Assembly (NCBI GenBank): GCA_038087875.1
Contig: CM075996.1
Location: 7,380,001-7,444,000, forward strand
Reading direction: 5' to 3'
From: Malacoraja senta
Taxonomy: Eukaryota
Length of the DNA stretch: 64,000 bases
Shown here: positions 51,370-63,160 of the stretch, piece by piece
Position numbering within the stretch: the first letter of the stretch is position 1
Layout of the letters: each line of letters starts with the position of its first letter
Made by a program: the position numbers and the translations under genes
Notes under the pieces: model-generated
Told to the model about the DNA's origin: nothing
Databases searched by the model: none
Seen by the model: the letters and a program-made list of their open reading frames with translations, nothing else

Positions 51370-52754
51370 CATGGGGTTATTCCATTAAAAACTAAACGCT
51401 AACTGCTTGAAAACGGTTCTGGTGAACGCAGCGTTTGGGGTTTAGAGTACTGCATTGAAATGCCCACCGGCCACAGTGAACTGAAGCTTGAATACATGTA
51501 ATCAGAAATAGTCATAGAGTCCTATATAGACACAAAATGCTGGAGCAACTCAGCGGGACAGGCAGCATCTCTGGAGAGCCAAAACGTCACCCATTCCTTC
51601 TCTCCAGAGATGCTGCCTGTCCCGCTGAGTTACTCCAGCATTTTGTGTCTACCTTCAATTTAAACCAGTTCTTTCCTGCTCATAGCGTCTTATGGCACAG
51701 AAACAGGGCCGTCAGCCCAACTTGCCCATGCCGATGATTTATGTCCCACCTACGCTAGTCCCACCTGCTTGAGTTTGGCCCAGATCCCTCGAAACATTTC
51801 AAATCCATTTTGGCCCAAATCACTCAATCCTGTCCATTTGGCCCCGTATCCACTTGGCCCAGAATTAATGGACGTCCCTTTTGGAAGGAGATGAGGAGGA
51901 ATTTCTTTAATCAGTGGGTGGTGAATCTGTGGGATTCATTGCCACAGACAGCTGTGGAGGCCAAGTCAGTGGATATTTTTAAGGCATAGATGGATTCTTG
52001 ATTAGTGCGGGTGTCAGGGGTTATGGGGAGAAGGCAGGAGAATGGGGTTGAGAGGGAAAGATAGATCAGCCTTGATTGAATGGCAGAGGAGACTTGATGG
52101 GCCGAATGGCCTAATACTTATATCCCTCAAAACCTTTCCTAACCATTTAGCCTATATCCCTTTGAACATTTCCTACCCATTTTGGCCCATATCCCTGTGT
52201 ACCTTTCCAATACATTTTGGACCATATACAGTACACTCTGAACTTTGTTGTCCATTTTGGCCTATATCCCTTCAACCATTTCCTCCTCATTTTGGCCCGT
52301 GTATCTCTAAACCTTTCCTACCCATTTTGGCCCATATCCATCTAGGAAACGATGGAGGCAGGTTCTCTGGATGCTTTCAAGAGAGAGCTAAATAGGGCTC
52401 TTAAAGATAGCGGAGTCAGGGGATATGGGGAGAAGGCAGGAACGGGGTACTGATTGGGGATGATCAGCCATGATCACATTGAATGGCGGTGCTGGCTCGA
52501 AGGGCCGAATGGCCTACTCCTGCACCTATTGTCTGTTGTCTATCATGAGAGAGAGGATTTTGTACCATGTCCATTTTGGAAGGGGGCAATGCGGAGAGAG
52601 GCAAGATTGACCCGCGCTTGTTGGAAACGGTTCATGTTGCGGAGGAAAATCCATGAGCTCACTGTGTCCTGCTCGTGCCAAGACCCTTGCGCCCCACCTG
52701 CCCAGTCCTGTCCTGGGATTGCTGCCCTGCGGCCACCCGTGAGCGTTTCCGTAC

Positions 52755-52905
52755 CCGGTCCAGTCTCTTGTCCAGGAAGTCCAGCAGGATGGCCACGGCG
52801 TCCATGTTCAGGCCCATGTACTCCACGGAGCCCGGCTCCACCCTCGGGGTGAGCAACACGTCCAGGCAGGCCAGGGGCAGGTTCACCAGCAGGTTGACCG
52901 TGTGG
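52755..52905 (-). CDS. ric8a: RIC8 exon 5 equivalent ([18 protein letters not shown]...FLDKRLDR)
   Basis: 151 nt, phase 2/0, AG/GT boundaries. Confidence 0.96.
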
Positions 52906-55694
52906 CTGAGGGGGGGGAGAGGAGGTGCAGGTTGGTTGAGAGTAACATCAAGTCCGGTCCAACACAATTCACAGATGACACTATGCTTAGTGGCCACCGT
53001 ATCAAATCACAACCTTCTGAATTTTGCAGTCAGCAGGGCAGTACTCTGCATATCGCCAACTTGGCCAATTTTTACATTTATACCAAGCCAATTAACCTAC
53101 AAACCTGTACGTGTTTGGAGTGTGGGAGGAAACCGAAGATCTGGGAGAAAACCCACGCAGGTCACGGGGAGAACGTACAAACTCCGTACAGACAGCACCC
53201 GCAGTCGGGATCGAACCCGGGTCTCTGGCGCTGCATTTTGCTGTAAGGCAGCAACTCTACCGCTGTGTCACCGTGAACGCCCAACGAGACAGAATACCAG
53301 GTGAAGGAGATTGGGAACCTCGTGACCTGGTGACAAGACAACAACCTCTCCCTCCATGTCAAGCAAGACAAAGGAGACTGTAATCGACTTCAGGAAGCGA
53401 AGTGGTACAACTCCCTTGTCAATCTTCCCTGCACCCTTTACAGCTTAACATCCCTCGGGCGGCCACGGTGGCGCAGCGGTAGAGTTGCTGCTTTACAGAG
53501 CTTGCAGCGCCTGAGACCCGGGTTCGATCCCGACTACGGGTGCTTTCTGCATGCAGTTTGCACGTTCTTCGAGACCTGCGTGGGTTTTCTCCGAGATCTT
53601 CGGTTTCCTCCCACACTCTGCCTCAGAGGGTGGTGGAGGCTGGTTCTCTGGATACTTTCAAGAGAGAGCTAGGTAGGGCTCTTAAAGATAGCGGAGTCAG
53701 GGGAGAAGGCAGGAACGGGGTACTGATTGGGGATGATCACATTGAATGGTGGTGCTGGATCGAAGGGCCGAATGGCCTACTCCTGCACCTATTGTCTATT
53801 GTCTACTCCAAAGACGTACATGTATGTAGCAAAGATCCTATAACAAGCAAGATAGATCACTCGACGAAAAAGACGTAGTACGGTCCTGGGCAGATTCATG
53901 GGGAATTTTCGGCCCCATTTCCGTAACCGGCTTCCGTCTCCGCACCAAAGATCACACAGCGGAGCAAAGATAACTAGTGCGGAGCTGGTTACGGAAACAT
54001 CCTCGTAAAAATAAAAGTTCTTTGGTAAAAATCTTCTCATTTTCAGAATTTAAATTTATTAACACAAACTGTTCCCCCCGCAACGTTGATTACACTGCGG
54101 GTCGGGTCGGGTCCGGTTACTGAAATGGATGAAAAAAAGGCCCACGTTCCGCTCCGTTGCGTACTACACGTTAGCCCATTGCATTTAGCAGGAGTGGTCT
54201 ATCTTGCTCCGCTATAGGATCTTTGGTCTGTTGGTCAATTGGCTTAGTGTCTATGTAAAATTGTCCCAAGTGGGTGCAAGATAGTGTTAATGTGCAGGGA
54301 TGGCTGGTCAGTGTGGACTCGATGGGCTGAAGGGCCTGTTTCAGCGCTGTATCTCTAAACTAAACTAAATCTTTCCTGTAACAGGGTGACCAAAGTTTGA
54401 TGGCACTTAATCGGGCTACCTGCTGCAGTCTGTACCAAGAATTCAAAAACATTTGGAGCCTGATTCAGACAGGAGCCCTTAAATCTCCACATCCCAGGTC
54501 ATCCCCACGAGTGGTTTGGGTCTGGAACTTATAGGGCAGGGTTAGACACTGTTCTGGAGACACATGTTCAAATCCCACCAGGGCCACTGAGGAATTTAAA
54601 CTCAGCGTTTATTTTTTTAACTTTCGAAGCACGTCGTGGAAACGCGCTCTTCGGCCAACCGAGTCGCCGCCGACCATTGATCACCTGTTTGCACTAGTTC
54701 TATGGAAAGATACAAGCTACTGGAGAAGCTCAGCGGGTCAGGCAGCATCTCTGGAGAACCTTGATAGATGACTTTTCGGGTCGGGATCAGTCTGAAGAAA
54801 GGTCCTGACCGAAAACATCACCTATCCATGTTCTCCAGGAGATGCTGCCTGAGCCGCTGAGTTACTCCAGCACTTTGTGTCTTTCCTTAGTAAACCAGCA
54901 TTTGCAGTTCCTTGTTTCCCCACGCACTACAGCCAATTCACCTACAAGATTAGATTAGATTAGATTAGATAGCCCTTTATTGTCTCTTTCCATAGAACTA
55001 GTACAAACATACAAACATAGAAAATAGGTGCAGGAGGAGGCCATTCGGCCCTTCGAGCCACCACCGCCATTCATTGTGATCATGGCTGATCGTCCCCAAT
55101 CAATAACCCGTGCCTGCCTTCTCCCCATATCCCTTGATTCCACTAGCCCCTAGAGCTCTATCTAACTCTCTCTTAAATCCATCCAGTGATTTGGCCTCCA
55201 CTGCCCTCTGTGGCAGGGAATTCCACTAATTCACAACTCTCTGGGTGAAAAAGATTTTTCTCACCTCAGTCTTAAATGGCCTCCACTTCAGAGATTGAGG
55301 GGAGACCTGATTGAAGTATAGAAAATTATGGGAGGCTTAGATAGGGTAGAGAGTCAGAACCCTTTTCCCAGTGGCGGCACTGTGGTAGAGTGCGTAGAAA
55401 GGAACTACAGATGCCCCTCCAACCCCTCTTCCACCCACCGCCCCTGGTCATCCTTTGGAACGTGGGGGGGAAACCGGGGCACCCAGAGGCAACCCACGTG
55501 GTCATAGGGAGAACGTGCAAACTCCACACAAACGGCAGCCGTAGTCGGGATCGAACCTCGGTCTCTGGCGCGGTAAGGCAACAACTCTACCCGCTGCACC
55601 CGCACCACCACTTGCCCCTTCCCTGAGTGCTGTGGGGCAAACAGCAAGAAGTGGCAGCTCCAAGCTCAGACAGCTTTGATCAGTTGAGGCTTAC

Positions 55695-55789
55695 CCATGG
55701 AACTCCTGTGTCCTCTCCTTGCTCTCCGTGTGAGTCAGCAGGCAGTGGCGGAGGACAACTGCCAGGTGGCGGTAGAGAGCCGCCTCCTC
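55695..55789 (-). CDS. ric8a: RIC8 exon 4 equivalent (EEAALYRHLAVVLRHCLLTHTESKERTQEFHG)
   Basis: 95 nt, phase 0/2, cAG acceptor, GG|GTAAGC donor; clear RIC8 motif. Confidence 0.95.
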
Positions 55790-55984
55790 CTGCAGCCACA
55801 AAGTTAGAATGGAAGAAGTCAGACGGTGAGCAATATCCCTCAAGAAATACAGTACCATAAACCCTCGTTATTATGGACACCTCTATAACGAATTTCGGTT
55901 GTAGTGAACTGTCACATTAAGAACACAGGGCGCTGGTTTCACTGCGGAGGCCATGGAGACTGACTAGCCATTGTGGTTGACTAG

Positions 55985-56215
55985 CCATAGAGGCTGCCAA
56001 GCCATTGAGGCTGCCAAGGCATTGAGATTGCCAAGCCATTGAGGCTGCCAAGCCATTGAGATTGCCAAGCCATTGAGGCCGCCAAGCCATTGAGATTGCC
56101 AAGCCATTGAGGCTGCCAAGCCATTGAGGCTGCCAAGCCATTGAGATTGCCAAGCCATGAAGATTGCCAAGGCATTGAGGCTGCCAAGGCATTGAGATTG
56201 CCAAGTCATTGAGGT
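55985..56215. repeat. 17-bp minisatellite GCCAAGCCATTGAG(GCT/ATT)
   Basis: About 13-14 units alternating between two variants. Confidence 0.92.
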
Positions 56216-56971
56216 TGCTAGATTTTTATTGAAGGATCAAAGAATTGGCTCAGAGGAGGGTATTCACTGTAAGGAGAGGTTGGACAAACTTGGATTGTTT
56301 TCTCGCGTCAGAGATTGAGGGGAGACCTGATTGAAGTATAGAAAATTATGGGAGGCTTAGATAGGGTAGAGAGTCAGAACCCTTTTCCCAGTGGCGGCAC
56401 TGTGGTAGAGTGCGTAGAAAGGAACTACAGATGCCCCTCCAACCCCTCTTCCACCCACCGCCCTCCACCCCACGCCATCCCCACCGCCCCCTCCTAACTC
56501 TGCACCCCCATACACATTCCTCCATCTCCTTCCCCCCTCCATCTCACTACTCAACCCCCCTCCATCTCCCTCACCCCTCCATCTCATTACCCCCCCTTCA
56601 TCTCCCTCCCTCCCCCCTCCCCTAACCGGTCCACTCCACACTATATCCCATCTCCCTCCCCTTCCCCACCACCACTACCTGTCCCCATCTATCTCCCTAC
56701 CCCCTCCCCTCCTCTCTTCTCTTCCAACCTCAACTCCTCCATTCCGTAACCCCCCCTTCCACCTCCACCCCTACCTCTCCCCATCCATCTCATCACCCCC
56801 TCCCCTCCACCCAGTACTCCCCCCCCCCAACTCCAAACACCTATATCTCCCCCTCTCCCTTCCCTCCCCTCTATTTCCTTCCTCCTTCACCCTCTGCCCC
56901 CTCCTCTCTCTCTCTCTCTCTCCCTCCACCCCCAGCCCCAGGGGTGAGGAGGGTAGGCGGCGGCTCCTTGC

Positions 56972-57718
56972 CTCGTCCACCTGCCTCCGGTTGGTGTCGA
57001 AAGTGATGTTAAAGAGGATCTTCAGCACCTCCATGGCGCGCTCGGTGTCGTGGCGCCTGAGCGGCCTTTGTCGCGGCCCGGCGGCGGCAGCAGCGGCCTC
57101 CCCCATCTCCTCCTCCTCCTGCTCCTCTTCCTCCTCCTCCTCCTCCTCCCCCATCATCATCATCACCATCACGGCCTCGCCGTCCCCGGCCCCCGGCCCC
57201 AGGCCCAGCGCGGCCTCCAGCGCGGCGGTGAGCAGCGCCAGGCCTCGGAGTTGGCGGCCGAGCTGCAGCCGGGCGTCGACGCTCAGCGCCGTCAGGAGGA
57301 ACATGAGGCGGAGCTCGTAGAAGCGGGGGTCGGGGAGGCCTCCGGCTCCGGGCCCCGATCCAGGCCTGTCGCGGGCCCCGCGTTTGAGGTGGGCGGCCAG
57401 GCCACGCAGCAGCCGCAGCTGCGCGGCCGCGTCCCGGGCGGCGGGGCTGTTGTACACCGTGTTGCACAGGCACTGCAGGGCCTCGCACGCCACCTCGGCG
57501 TCGGGCGGCCTCCTCTCCCCGTCCTCCTCATCCCCGTCCTCCTCGTCGCCGGCCTCCAGCCCCGCCAGCCGCGCCAGCGTCCCCATGCCGCCTCGGCCCG
57601 AGAACGGCGCCAGCGCCTGCTTGTCCCGGCTCAGGATGCGAACCGTCTCCAGCCCGGCCAGCCGGCAGGACGGCTGCAGCTCCCGGCCCAGCAGCTTCAT
57701 CACCAGCTCACCCATCCT
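56972..57718 (-). CDS. ric8a: RIC8/synembryn exon 3 equivalent (747 nt)
   Basis: Encodes RMGELVMKLLGRELQPSCRLAGLETVRILSRDK...LRLMFLLTAL...ETERAMEVLKILFNITFD-like...RRQVDE, typical RIC8 ARM/HEAT motifs. Acceptor ttgcAG; donor GAG|GCAAGG (GC). Paralogue symbol is provisional. Confidence 0.93.
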
Positions 57719-57769
57719 CTGCAAAGCAAGGAGAAAGAAGTCTTCAGGGCTCACTCTGAAGAAAGTAAG

Positions 57770-58245
57770 TAAGTACGTTTATTGGCCAAGTATTCACATA
57801 CAAGGAATTTGCCTTGGTGCTCCGCCCACAAGTAACAACATGACATACAGTGACAGTTACGAATGACTCAGAAAACACTAAACATTAACAATAATAAAAC
57901 ATTAAACACCATTGATCAAGCATGTGAACCAACAAAATACCAGATCAAAGGGAGGCTACAGATTTTTGGCTGTTGAGTAGAGCAACTACTCGTGGATAAA
58001 AACTGTTTTTATGTCAGGCTGTGGCAGCTTTGACAATCCGGAGTCGCCTTCCAGAGGGAAGTGATTCAAAGAGTTTGTGGCCAGGGTGAGAGGGGTCAGA
58101 GATGATCTTGCCCGCTCGCTTCCTGGCCCTTGCAGTGTACAGTTCATCAATGGAGGGAAGGTTGCAGCCAATATACTTTTCAGCTGATCGAACGATTCGC
58201 TGCAGCCTCCAGGTGTCGTGCTTGGTGGCTGAGCCAAACCAGACC
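57770..58245 (-). mobile_element. Rex1/Babar-like LINE 3' fragment, same family as 4500-4980
   Basis: Near-identical reverse complement, WFGSATKHDTWRLQRIVRSAEK. Confidence 0.88.
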
Positions 58246-59753
58246 CACCCATCAAGTCTACTCCGCCATTCAATCATGACTGATCTCTGTCGCCTAATTC
58301 CATAACCCTTGACACCCGTTCTAATCAAGAATTGGTCTATCTCTGCCTTAAAAAATATCCCCCCCTCAATCTTCGAAACTCCAACGGGTAGAGGCCCAAT
58401 GCTGTCAAGCACTCGTCGTTTGCTGACCCACTCATTCCTGGAATCTCTTCGTTGACTGGATAGCACAGAAACAAAACCTTGGTACACATGACAATAATAA
58501 ACTAGGCCAAAGTAGAAGGGGTACAGCACACGAACAGGGCCATCACATCTGGGTTTAGATGGGGCACAGAGTAGAGAACATAGAAGTATAGAGAACATTG
58601 GAGTAACTCGGCGGGTCAGGCAGCATCTTTGGAGAACATGGAGAGGTGACGTTTCGTGCCGAGACCCGTCTGAAAAAGACCGGTCTCGTCAGGTAATGAG
58701 TTCAAAAGTTCTGGGAACAGAATCAGGCCATTCGGCCCATCAAGTCTATTCCGCTGAGGGGTAAGTCATTTAGAACGGAGGTGAGGAAATACTTTTTCAC
58801 AGAGAGTTGTGAGTGTGGAATTCTCTGCCTCAGAGGGCGGTGGAGGCCGGTTCTCTGGATGCTGGATGAGAGAGTTAGATAGAGCTCTTAAAGATAGCGG
58901 AGTCGGAGGATATGGGGAGAAGGCAGGAACGGGGTACTGATTGGGGATGATCAGCCATGATCACATTGAATGGAGGTGCTGGCTTGAACGGGCGAATGGC
59001 CTACTCCTGCACCTATTGTCTATTCTCTATTGTCTATTGCCATTCAATCAGGGCTGATCCAACTCTCCCTCCTAACCCCATTCTCATGCCTTCTCCTCAT
59101 AACCTCTGACACCGGTACTTATCAATGTCCCTTGTTTAAGAAGGAACTGCAGATGCTGGAAAATCGAAGGTAGACAGTCTGAAGAAGGGTTTCGGCCCGA
59201 AACGTTGCCTATTTCCTTCGCTCCATAGATGCTGCTGCACCCGCTGAGTTTCTCCAGCACGTTTGTCTACCTTATCAATGTCCCGACCCCCTCATCCCTC
59301 TATCTCCTCCACCTTCACCCCTCAAGGAAAGTCTCCTTTCTTGCTCAGTCTGTCTTCATCACTTCATCAACCTACCACATGCAGAGGAGAGATTAGCTGA
59401 ACTCAACATCAGGTTCTGCACAGACATTGTGGGCCAGAAGGCCTGGTCCTGTGCTGTACTGTTCTCTGGCTGTCCAAATGTCTTTTAAGCACAGTGGTTG
59501 TATCTGATTTCTCCATTCGGTCACCCCTCAGCCTCCAGCGCTCCAGAGAAAACGAGCGCAACAAACCTACTGATTTCTCCCCACAACCAGAGTCCTACAA
59601 CTAAAGATACTAGAGGAGCTCCTCAACCTACAACCCAGGTATCGGCCTCTGCAGTCACTCCAGTGCAACCACACACTTCCTGCAGTGCGGTGACCAGAAC
59701 CAAAGATTATATAGCGGAGCCTTTGACCAGAACTGCACAGAAGTGCAGCTTAA

Positions 59754-60151
59754 AGGGCCTGTCCCATGAGCATGCGACAAGCGCGACCTAAAGTGGTCGC
59801 TTGAGCCGTACGGCCTCGCGGGGCCAGTCCCACTTCGATCGCCGGAGCCGTATGGAGCTGGTCCCGACATCGCGCGGGGCTCCGAAAAACTGACACTGTT
59901 CAAAAATTCCGCGCGACAACGGCCTGCCGGCCCGCAGCCGCTTTGAGGTCGTACGCACCGCCTCGACGGGCGTGCGCAGCGTCTCGACGCCGTACGCAGC
60001 GTCTTGACGCCGTACGTCACGCGCGAACTTCCCGCGGACTTCGCTCAAACTACACGTCAACTCGTACGGGATCACTCGACCTCCGCGCGGCCCCCGCTTC
60101 CGGTTTGGTCGCGCTTGCCGCATGCAGTCGCATGCTTGTGGGACAGGCCCT
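59754..60151. mobile_element. PIF/Harbinger-like MITE
   Basis: TIR AGGGCCTGTCCCA...TGGGACAGGCCCT with TAA/TAA TSD. Confidence 0.8.
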
Positions 60152-60626
60152 TAACTAATTGTCTTGTAAAGTTAATACATAAGTCATAAGACATGAGAGC
60201 AGCATTATGGGCCTTAGGCAGGTTTTTTTGGGCGACCGTCATAAGTCGTAGCAGGTCACCGAAAAAACGGCGACTGGACCCCCCCCCCCCCACGACAATG
60301 TCTGCCACAACCTACCACCTAGTCAACGTCAAGCTACCGACAACCGGCGATCCATTAGGACGTTCACCTACGACAACTTACGTCCACCTGCGACAAGCTA
60401 CGACAAGGTAAGACAATTCAGTCGCTGGTACCTGTCGCCGGTTGATGTTGGTAGTCGCCAATGGAATCCACAGAAGTCAGCGCCTGGCGACAACCTACGA
60501 CAGCACCTACGTCAGGAGAAATCAAGCTACGCTCATTGGCATCAAGCCAACTGTCGCCGACTGTCGCCAAAAAGTTTAGAACATTTCAAAATCCAGCGGC
60601 GACCAGGAAAACGCTACGATTCTTTA

Positions 60627-60942
60627 GGCGACTGAGGAGACTACTTACGACCATACAGGCGACTGAGGAGACGACTTACGACCATACAGGCGACTGAGGA
60701 GATGACTTACGACCATACAGGCGACTGAGGAGACGACTTACGACCATACAGGCGACTGAGGAGACGACTTACGACCATACAGGCGACTGAGGAGACGACT
60801 TACGACCATACAGGCGACTGAGGAGACGACTTACGACCATACAGGCGACTGAGGAGACGACTTACGACCATACAGGCGACTGAGGAGACGACTTACGACC
60901 ATACAGGCGACTGAGGAGACTACTTACGACCATACAGGCGAC
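60627..60942. repeat. 10 x 31-bp tandem repeat GGCGACTGAGGAGACGACTTACGACCATACA within a MITE
   Basis: Exact 31-bp period, no spacers. Confidence 0.95.
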
Positions 60943-61288
60943 ACCCCGACGACCATGTGGCAAAGCCTAGTCGCCTAAAAAATCGCCTAAGTGGGACAGG
61001 GGCATTAGTCCATTCAGCCCATCGAGTCTACTCCGCCATTCAATCATGGCTGATCTATCTTTCCCTCTCAACCCCATTCTCCTGGCTTCTCCTCATAACC
61101 TTTGACACTCTCAAGAATCTAATAATCTCTGCTTTAATGACGTCCGTGGCAATATATTCCACAGATCTATGTTCTCCAGGGATGCTGCTGGGTTATTCCA
61201 GCACTTGGTGGGGGGGTTTTCCCAAAGCAAAAGCACTTTGTTTTTCTCCTGCTCTGGGAGTCTGGCATTGGCGGAGGCTGTCTCTTAC

Positions 61289-61381
61289 CTCTCTCAGCTT
61301 CACCTCCTGCTCCTGGGACTCATCGGAATCAGAGTCATAATCCGAGCTGGAGTGGTAGTCCCGATATTTTGTGATCTGGAA
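61289..61381 (-). CDS. ric8a: RIC8/synembryn extra acidic exon (FQITKYRDYHSSSDYDSDSDESQEQEVKLRE)
   Basis: Long pyrimidine tract plus tAG acceptor, and GAG|GTAAGA donor. 93 nt, phase 0/0, open, and splices in frame to the exon starting at 57718. Confidence 0.75.
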
Positions 61382-62549
61382 CTAGACGCAGTAATGGAAT
61401 GGAAGCAGGCAAGACAGGTGGAAAATAGAGGGGAGGGAGCATGAATGGAGTCAGTGCAACAACAACAAAAAAACACCCTCTCAGGCTTGGAAACCAGAAG
61501 CACATCACGAAAGCACACCAACTTCCTTAGGAGGCTCAGGAGGTTCAGCATGTCCCCCAACAACCCTCACCAACGTCTTCAGATGCATCCCAGCATGGTT
61601 TGGGAACAGCTCCATTCAAGACCGCAAGAAATTGCAGAGAGTTGTGGACGCAGCCCAGACCATCGCGCAAACCAACCGCCCTTCCATTGACTCCATCTAT
61701 AAACAATAGACAATAGACAATAGGTGCAGGAGTAGGCCATTCGGCCCCGAGCCAGCACCGGCCGCCATTCAATGTGATCACGACTGATCATCCCCAATCA
61801 GTACCTCGTTCCTGCCTTCTCCCCATAACTCCTGACTCCGCTATCTTTAAGAAGCCCTATCTAGCTCTCTCTTGAAAGTATCCAGTGAACCTGCCTCCAC
61901 CGCCCTCTGAGGCAGAGAATTCCACAGACTCACAACTCTCTGTGTGAAAAAGTGTTTCCTCGTCTCCGTTCAAAATGGCATACTCCTTATTCTTAAACTG
62001 TGGTCCCTGGTTCTGGACTCCCCCAACATCGGGAACATGTTTCAGTGTGAGAAAAAGTGTTTAATTGACTCCATCTACACCTCACGCTGCCTCGGCAAGG
62101 CCAGCAGCATAATCTAGGACCAGTCTCACCCTCTTCTCCCCCCCTCCCATCAGGCAAGAGGTACAGAAGTGTGAAAACGCCCGCCTCCAGATTCAGGGAC
62201 AGTTTCATCCCGGCTGTTATCAGGCAACAGAACCATCCTCTCACCAACTAGAATGCAGCCTCGACCATCTACCTCATTGGAGACCTTTGATCTATCTTTA
62301 TCTTGCACTAAATAATATACCCTTTACCCTGTATCTGTACATTGAGGTTGTAATCATGTAGTCTTCTCATTGACTGGATAGCAAAAAACTTTTCACTGGA
62401 AGATGTGCAGCACTCTTTTGGAGAACACACAAAGTGTAGGAGTAACTCAACGGGTTAGGCAGCATCTCTGGATGACATGGATATCCATTATTCTGAAGAA
62501 AGGGTCCCCACTCAAAATGTCTATCCATGTTTTCCAGAAACACAAAAAA

Positions 62550-63160
62550 CATAGAAAAATAGGTGCAAACGTAGACCATTCGGCCCTTTGAGCCAGCACC
62601 GCCATTCAATATGATCATGGCTGATCATCTAAAATCAGTACCCCGTTCCTGCTTTTTCCCCACAACCATTGATTCCTTTAGCTCTAAGAGCTAAATCTAA
62701 ATCTCTCTTGAAAACATCCAGTGAATTGGCCTCCACTGACTTCTGTGGCAGGGAATGTCACAGATTCACAACTCTCTGGGTGAAGAAGTTTTTCCTCATC
62801 TCAGTCCTAAATAGCCTACCCCTTATTCTTAAACTGTGACCCCTTTGGTTCTGGACTCCCCCAACATCGGGAATATTTTTCCTGCATCTAGCCTGTCCAA
62901 TCCTTTGAGATCTGTTTCTATAAGATCCCCTCTCATCCTTCTAAATTCCAGTGAAGACAAGCCCAGTCGACCCATTCTTTCATCATATGTCAGTCCCGCC
63001 ATCCCAGGAATTGACCTGGTGAACCTACGCTACACACCCTCGAGAGCAATAATGTCCTTCCTCAAATTAGGAGACCAAAATTGCACACAATACTCCAGGT
63101 GCGGTCTCACCAGGACCCTGTACAACTGCAGTAGGACCTCCTTGCTCCTAAACTCAAATC
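62550..63160 (-). mobile_element. CR1-like LINE 3' fragment
   Basis: Reverse complement of CR1 RT C-terminus and 3' UTR. Confidence 0.85.

Noticed and set aside
57009..57866. Overlapping antisense/alternative-frame ORFs
   Set aside because: Expected by-product of the very GC-rich RIC8 exon 3.
59270..59372. Possible additional RIC8 exon on - (branch-point/acceptor-like sequence)
   Set aside because: Early stops in all three frames and no convincing donor; a poison exon cannot be supported without RNA data.
60627..60942. CRISPR-like 31-bp repeats
   Set aside because: No spacers, no cas genes, eukaryotic context; the unit is part of a MITE.
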